Shown piece after piece: positions 59,258 to 64,000 of a stretch of 64,000 bases of DNA. A program made the position numbers and the translations under genes. The notes beneath the pieces were generated by a model that was not told the DNA's origin, made no database searches, and saw only the letters and a list, made by a program, of their open reading frames with translations. Source of the stretch: an uncultured bacterium (lineage in GTDB: Bacteria > Chlamydiota > Chlamydiia > Chlamydiales > Parachlamydiaceae); the NCBI GenBank assembly GCA_964460985.1, contig CAYWQX010000005.1, positions 26,987-90,986 of the forward strand. The letters run 5' to 3'. Position 1 is the first letter of the stretch, and every line of letters begins with the position of its first letter.

Positions 59258-59288
59258 CCATAATAAAACTAAATTTGTTTTATTATGG
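59258..59288 (-). terminator. AT-rich hairpin plus U-run downstream of P3, intrinsic-terminator-like
   Basis: ccataataaaac (59258-59269) / gttttattatgg (59277-59288). On the minus-strand RNA it is followed by cucuuuuuuug (a run of 7 U). Confidence 0.5.
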
Positions 59289-59335
59289 ATTTGTTATTAA
59301 AAAGATGATTGCTTATTATGTGTAAGACGCCAGTC

Positions 59336-59422
59336 TTACATAGGCCAAATAAGTCGGCGTCCTCCCACCACAAATACTCCACCTTTTAAGTTTTTCTTAG
59401 ATTTGTTAGAAGCTCTTTTCAT
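59336..59422 (-). CDS. Precursor peptide P3 (28 aa): MKRASNKSKKNLKGG-VFVVGGRRLIWPM
   Basis: AAGGAG lies ~11 nt upstream of the ATG. Identical length and an identical KGG ... WPM-stop frame to P1 and P2. The stop codon is embedded in an 8-bp hairpin, tgtaagac-gcca-gtcttaca (59321-59340). Confidence 0.7.
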   Translation of the reverse strand: MKRASNKSKKNLKGGVFVVGGRRLIWPM

Positions 59423-59458
59423 TTTTTTTGTGCTCCTTAGTTAGATAGGACATATATT

Positions 59459-59487
59459 ATTAAAATATAATTTTTATTTTAAATCAA
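59459..59487 (-). promoter_or_regulatory. Putative sigma70-like promoter for P3, overlapping the last codons of the helicase gene
   Basis: aatcaa at 59482-59487 and attaaa at 59459-59464 (plus strand) give TTGATT-N17-TTTAAT on the minus strand. Paralogous to the element upstream of P2. Confidence 0.3.
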
Positions 59488-61557
59488 TAATTTAATACTA
59501 TCTTTCTCTATAAAGTCTGTATTAGTAAAGATTTTATTAAAAATATCGCTTTTATGTCTTTTTAAAAGCTCAATTTTTTCTTCAATCGTGTTGATTGTGA
59601 CGTACCGCCTCACAAAAACGGGCTCTTTTCTTCCCATCCGATGCGACCTTGAAATGGCCTGGTTTTCTACCGCCTCATTCCACCATGGGTCTATTAAAAG
59701 GATTTGATCGGCCCGAGTTAAATTAAGTCCGACTCCGCCTGCCTTCAAAGACATTAAAAGAAGAGGTTTGGACTCATCTTCCTGAAAGGAGTCGAGGATT
59801 TCCTGCCGATTTTTGGTCTCTCCGTCAAAATACAGAGCCCCCTCTAGTTTTTCTCGAATGAGCATCAAAAATCGGGTAAATTGGCTAAACACGATGATTT
59901 TTTGTTTTTCAGCGAGCAAGGTGTGAATATCGTTTAAAATAAGATCCATTTTGCTGCTTTCCACATCCAACCCGATCATTTTAGGATGGCAAGCGACTTG
60001 CCTTAAACGTAAAATGAGCTCGAGAATTTGAAGGGGGTTTTGAGTTTCTTCTAAGTCCTCTTTGGTTGTTTCAAGAAGCTTCAAATAAGCTTCCTCTTGC
60101 TTTGGAGACATCTCCACAAAAAGGGTTTTGTCGATTCTTTCAGGCAGATCTTTTAAAACTTGGGACTTCAGTCTTCGTAAGGTGTAAGGGGCGATTTTGT
60201 TTTTGATCTCTCCCAGCTCGTCAGAGGAGTCTATCAAATCGGGCAGAAGAAATTTGAAGTGCGTTTTTAACTCATCCAAATTGTTTTCAATGGGAGTTCC
60301 GGTCATTAGCAGCTTAAACTTTGTTTTGAGGGACTGGATCGCTTGAAAGGTTTGGGATCTTGAATTTTTCATCATTTGGGCTTCATCGACAATAATTGCC
60401 TCCCAATTAAAGGATTGAAAAAGGGCAAGATCACGTCTGACAATAGCGTAGGAGGTAATGATGATCTCTTTATTAAAATGAGGAGAGCGATCTAATCCAT
60501 GGTAGACCACAAACCCAAGGTCCGAAAAGCGCTCTATTTCCCTTTGCCAGTTAATAAGAAGAGAGGTGGGAGCGACAATGAGGATGGGACCCTTCAATTG
60601 GGAGAGAAAGGCGATCGTCTGGACTGTTTTTCCAAGCCCCATATCATCTGCCAAAAGCCCTGAAAAGCCTTTTTCATAGAGGTATGATAGCCAGTTTAAT
60701 CCCTCTTTTTGATAGGGCCTAAGATCTCCTTTAAAAGAGGGTGCCGAAGTTTCTGGAGGGTTAAATTTATCGAGAACAAGCCCTGCATTTAATTTGGGAA
60801 GAACCAGTTTTCCCTCTTTTTTTACTCCTTTTTTAAGAAGGGGGTGGTACTTAAAATCATCGGGCAATAGAGGAACTTTGCCCGATTCAAGTTGAAGGGG
60901 TCTAGAGATATCAAGGGTCTCATCGCCAAAAGAGAGCGAGCCCGTGACCTCCACTTGATCTTGAATGGAGACGTTAATGGAAGTGTGGGTGAGGGGAATC
61001 ACCTCTTTTTCCTGAGGGTTTAAGATCACCCAACCCTCTTTTTTCAGGTGCTCGGTGGTTTTAAAAACGTCTGGTTTTTTGCAGTAATAGTGATAGGCTT
61101 TTTTCTGGTAGCCTATTTTAAGAAGCTCTCCTTCAAAAGCAGGAGTGAGAAGCTCGACGGTCATTCCATAAGGATCGAGCCATTTGATTCGGGGGGCCTC
61201 TTTGGGAATTTCGCCGAGCACAATGACAGGGTATTCGTCGATCAGTTCTTTTAAAGTGGAAAGATCGATCTCTTTCGGACAAGATTTGACAAGGGAGTAG
61301 GGGGCAAAAGTCTCGATAAAATAGAGGCTCACCCCTTTGATAATTCCAAGAGGGGGTCCTTGAAAGAGATGATCTACCTCCTGAATCTCTTTACCGTTCA
61401 CAGTAAAAAAATAGCTCAGGAGGATCTTCTCTTTTTCTATTTCAGCTACAAAGGTGAGGCTATGGCGTCCAAACAGGTCGGCAACAATCCTCTTTCCTTT
61501 AAAGGATAGGGTCGTAAATTGCTTTTTAGCTTCATCAGGGGTAATATTGAAATTCAT
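59479..61557 (-). CDS. SNF2-family (RapA/HepA-like) DEAD/H-box helicase
   Basis: LLADDMGLGKT (motif I), IVDEAQMMKN (DExx box), LLMTGTPIENN (motif III). The C-terminal helicase domain carries GGVGLNLTRADQILLIDPWWN and QAISRSHRMGR. 692 aa. Confidence 0.88.
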   Translation of the reverse strand: MNFNITPDEAKKQFTTLSFKGKRIVADLFGRHSLTFVAEIEKEKILLSYFFTVNGKEIQEVDHLFQGPPLGIIKGVSLYFIETFAPYSLVKSCPKEIDLSTLKELIDEYPVIVLGEIPKEAPRIKWLDPYGMTVELLTPAFEGELLKIGYQKKAYHYYCKKPDVFKTTEHLKKEGWVILNPQEKEVIPLTHTSINVSIQDQVEVTGSLSFGDETLDISRPLQLESGKVPLLPDDFKYHPLLKKGVKKEGKLVLPKLNAGLVLDKFNPPETSAPSFKGDLRPYQKEGLNWLSYLYEKGFSGLLADDMGLGKTVQTIAFLSQLKGPILIVAPTSLLINWQREIERFSDLGFVVYHGLDRSPHFNKEIIITSYAIVRRDLALFQSFNWEAIIVDEAQMMKNSRSQTFQAIQSLKTKFKLLMTGTPIENNLDELKTHFKFLLPDLIDSSDELGEIKNKIAPYTLRRLKSQVLKDLPERIDKTLFVEMSPKQEEAYLKLLETTKEDLEETQNPLQILELILRLRQVACHPKMIGLDVESSKMDLILNDIHTLLAEKQKIIVFSQFTRFLMLIREKLEGALYFDGETKNRQEILDSFQEDESKPLLLMSLKAGGVGLNLTRADQILLIDPWWNEAVENQAISRSHRMGRKEPVFVRRYVTINTIEEKIELLKRHKSDIFNKIFTNTDFIEKDSIKLLI

Positions 61558-61569
61558 TATGGAAATTAT

Positions 61570-62379
61570 ATGAGTAAACTTCGTCTATGGCAAGCTCATG
61601 CTGACTTTGATCAGGCGGAAAGAGCGTGGGATCAAGGATCTTTAGAAGCCGCCTCTCAAAAACCCCTTAAAAAATTGGATAAACTTCCTAATATGGTAGG
61701 CATTACCCCTGCCACTAAAAGATTTTTGACACTCAAAAGTCTTTTTTGGATGGTTTCAAAAGATGAGGATTATCGCATATTAAAGTATGTGATGAAAAAG
61801 CCGTTGACCCATGGTTTTAGATACCTTAAATCGCTTTTTAAAAAAATTCGGAAAGAGGGCGATTTTTATTTTTACGGGATAAAATCTTTAGGTGAATTCG
61901 AAAAGCTTTTAAAAGAAAATCCTGTCTTTGTAGTCGGTTTTTCTTACTGCCATAAACCGTATGAGTGTCCTTCAGGCAGGTTCACATCAGAGTGCATCCA
62001 TGATCCTGATCATCCTGTCTGCCGGCAGTGCTTTATCGGCAAAGCGGTAAATGCCCTTCCGCTTAAGGATACTTACCCTCTTTTTATCCCGACGATTCAC
62101 TATATTGGGGAAGAAGTCTTTAAGCTGATGGATCGATACCCTAATCGACAAATAGTTTTTTTGATTACAGCTTGCGAAATGACCCTAGAGATGTTCGGGG
62201 ACTTAGGCAATATGGCAGGAATTAAAGGGCTAGGAGTCAGATTGGATGGAAGAATTTGCAATACAATGAAAGCCTTTGAACTCTCCGAACAGGGGATTAA
62301 ACCGGGATTAACAGTTGTGCTGGAGCCGACCCAAAAGAAAATTCTTGAACTCTTGAAGGTCTGGAATTCTTGCGTATGA
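61570..62379 (+). CDS. Cys-rich hypothetical protein (possible metal- or Fe-S-binding; DUF116-like is only a guess)
   Basis: Cluster FSYCHKPYECPSGRFTSECIHDPDHPVCRQCFIGK plus later Cys residues. The track ORF starts at a TTG (61519), which would overlap the divergent helicase start by 39 nt. The first ATG is at 61570. Confidence 0.5.
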   Translation: MSKLRLWQAHADFDQAERAWDQGSLEAASQKPLKKLDKLPNMVGITPATKRFLTLKSLFWMVSKDEDYRILKYVMKKPLTHGFRYLKSLFKKIRKEGDFYFYGIKSLGEFEKLLKENPVFVVGFSYCHKPYECPSGRFTSECIHDPDHPVCRQCFIGKAVNALPLKDTYPLFIPTIHYIGEEVFKLMDRYPNRQIVFLITACEMTLEMFGDLGNMAGIKGLGVRLDGRICNTMKAFELSEQGIKPGLTVVLEPTQKKILELLKVWNSCV

Positions 62380-62380
62380 T

Positions 62381-63604
62381 ATGATCCTCCCTATGACCGA
62401 ACCTCGTACAAAACAATCGATTTTCACCTACGGACTTACCCGTGTGCTAGATGTTCCCTTTTGGGCACTGCACGCACTGATTCCGGTTATTTTGTATAAA
62501 GATTTGGGTGCAACCCCCTTTCAAGTGGGACTCCTTGTCGCCTTAAAACCTCTGTTATCGCTTTTGTCCATGTATTGGAGCTCCCACGTCGGCAATCGCC
62601 CCGATCGATTGATGGGAAATATTCGTCTGGCAAGACTTTTTGCCTACCTTCCCTTTTTCGTCTTTCCGTTTATCACGACTCCCTGGTTTTTTATTTTTGC
62701 CTACGGCACCTACATGATGCTGCAAGTAGGAACGGTGCCCGCCTGGATGGAGATTTTAAAAAGAAATGTCCCCAAAGAACAAAGGGAGAAAACTTTTTCG
62801 TATATCCAAGCCTTTTGCTATATGGGAGGTGGCTTTCTTCCTTTCCTCATCGGGGGCTTGATGGACTCTTACACGGAGGCCTGGAGGTGGCTTTTCCCGG
62901 TGGCGGCCCTGATTGGCTTAAGCTCCGATTTCATTCAAAGAAAAATTCCTAAAGAGAGAGTTGTCTCGCCTGAAGAGAAGAAAAGAATCACCGACCATCT
63001 TGCAAAACCTTGGAAAGAGGCCTTTAGAATTTTAAAAGAACGGCCCGATTTTACCCGCTACCAAATCGGATTTATGGGCGTTGGAGCCGGGCTTATGGTC
63101 ATACAGCCGGCCCTGCCCGTCTTTTTTACCGATATCTTGAAGCTTTCCTACACGGAGCTTTCGGTTGCGATCACCCTCGCGAAGGGTTTCGGATTTGCGA
63201 TCGCCTCGCCTTGGTGGGGTAAAAAACTAAATCGTGCGGACATCTTCAATTTATCGGGGGCGATCGCCTGTTTTGCAGCTCTTTTCCCATGCCTTCTCTA
63301 TTTTGCCGAAATGCATCTTGTATGGCTTTATACCGCCTATTTCTTTTATGGGATTGCCCAAGCCGGCCAAGAGCTTGCGTGGAATATGTCAGGACCCATC
63401 TTTTCAAAAGAGGAGGATAGCTCCCTTTACACGAGCATCAATGTCATGGCTATCGGTTTAAGAGGGGCGGTGATTCCACTGATGGGATCTATTCTAGTGA
63501 CTTCTCTCAGCTCCACTTTTCCACTCGGGGTGGGATCTCTTCTTTGCTTAATGGGTGGTCTTACCTTATATTCATACAGACAAAAATCGATCGTTAAAAC
63601 TTGA
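62381..63604 (+). CDS. MFS-type transporter
   Basis: 407 aa, about 12 predicted TM helices in two halves joined by a charged central loop (QRKIPKERVVSPEEKKRITDHL). GNRPDR-like loop motif after TM2. Confidence 0.7.
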   Translation: MILPMTEPRTKQSIFTYGLTRVLDVPFWALHALIPVILYKDLGATPFQVGLLVALKPLLSLLSMYWSSHVGNRPDRLMGNIRLARLFAYLPFFVFPFITTPWFFIFAYGTYMMLQVGTVPAWMEILKRNVPKEQREKTFSYIQAFCYMGGGFLPFLIGGLMDSYTEAWRWLFPVAALIGLSSDFIQRKIPKERVVSPEEKKRITDHLAKPWKEAFRILKERPDFTRYQIGFMGVGAGLMVIQPALPVFFTDILKLSYTELSVAITLAKGFGFAIASPWWGKKLNRADIFNLSGAIACFAALFPCLLYFAEMHLVWLYTAYFFYGIAQAGQELAWNMSGPIFSKEEDSSLYTSINVMAIGLRGAVIPLMGSILVTSLSSTFPLGVGSLLCLMGGLTLYSYRQKSIVKT

Positions 63605-63620
63605 AAAATGAGTTATTTTT

Positions 63621-64000
63621 ATGCTTTTCCACCGTATTCACCAGAAAGAACTATCTGTCTTTACCTACATCATCGGCGATGAACAAAGTTTAACCTGTAC
63701 GGTGATCGACCCTACACTAGATATTGAGCCTGTTTTGAGGGTTGTAGAGACAAAAGGCTATAAAGTGAATGCGATTTTAGAGACGCATGTCCATGCCGAT
63801 TTTATTTCCGGAGCGCAGCTTCTGAAGAAAACACTCGATAACCGTCCTAAGATTTACGTCTCTGCCTGCGGAGGTACCGAGTGGACGGCTCCTTATGGAG
63901 ATGTCGCATTAAAAAACGGGGATTCTGTGACGGTCGGAAGTTTTAGATTCGAGGCCCTCTTTACCCCCGGTCACACGCCTGAGCATCTCTGTTATAAAGT
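63621..64000 (+). CDS. MBL-fold metallo-hydrolase (5' partial; runs off the window)
   Basis: ATG at 63621. LETHVHADFISG (HxHxDH zinc motif) and TPGHTPEH. No stop before the window end, which is why it is absent from the ORF track. Confidence 0.75.
   Translation, partial: MLFHRIHQKELSVFTYIIGDEQSLTCTVIDPTLDIEPVLRVVETKGYKVNAILETHVHADFISGAQLLKKTLDNRPKIYVSACGGTEWTAPYGDVALKNGDSVTVGSFRFEALFTPGHTPEHLCYK

Noticed and set aside
58710-59422. Classifying the three peptides as lanthipeptide, thiopeptide/cyanobactin, lasso-peptide or NHLP/Nif11 precursors
   Set aside because: The cores contain no Cys and few Ser/Thr, and the leaders are 15 aa rather than ~80 aa. No dehydratase, cyclase, cyclodehydratase, lasso B/C or radical-SAM gene is present anywhere in the window.
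62575-63461. Alternative-frame ORFs 62575-62952 and 63234-63461 inside the MFS transporter gene
   Set aside because: Both are same-strand, out-of-frame ORFs nested in a 407-aa gene that has a coherent 12-TM pattern. Their translations are Arg/Ser/Pro-rich, which is typical of off-frame reading.

Overview
64-kb bacterial chromosomal window, moderately AT-rich, compact and operonic. A PVC-superphylum, possibly chlamydia-like, origin is plausible from the LEPR-XLL/DUF4347 giant protein and the kdsA-lpt arrangement, but that is a guess.

Layout:
- 0.1-0.6 kb: a GC-rich compound tandem repeat and tRNA-Arg(TCT).
- 0.7-5.0 kb: housekeeping genes (Nudix hydrolase, folK, kdsA, LptC-like, LptA-like, lptB).
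- 5.1-10.7 kb: two HlyD-type adaptors plus a site-2-protease(M50)::HlyD fusion, with no pump gene in the cluster.
- 10.8-40.9 kb: one uninterrupted 30,093-nt ORF (10,030 aa). It carries an N-terminal LEPR-XLL motif, a DUF4347-like domain, ELWxxDGT repeats and about 70 tandem 124-aa Ig/cadherin-like repeats. It is translationally coupled (ATGA) to an upstream TolC-like gene, which follows an ndk / pabA-like / signal-peptide-ndk trio.
- 43.8-48.3 kb: pheT, a MORN-repeat lipoprotein and small hypotheticals.
- 48.3-58.5 kb: a six-gene, tightly overlapping export operon (cNMP-binding membrane protein, HlyD, C39-peptidase ABC, second ABC, HlyD, TolC).
- 58.7-59.4 kb: three tandem 28-codon genes, all below the ORF-track cutoff. 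They encode Lys-rich Gly-Gly-leader peptides whose 13-residue cores all end in Trp-Pro-Met. The array was expanded by a duplication that dragged along the 3' end of the neighbouring SNF2 helicase gene.
- Right end: SNF2 helicase, a Cys-rich protein, an MFS transporter and a partial MBL-fold hydrolase.

I consider the peptide array plus its exporter the best candidate for an undescribed system. The giant repeat protein and the M50/HlyD cluster come next. All family assignments come from motif reading by eye; no database search was possible.
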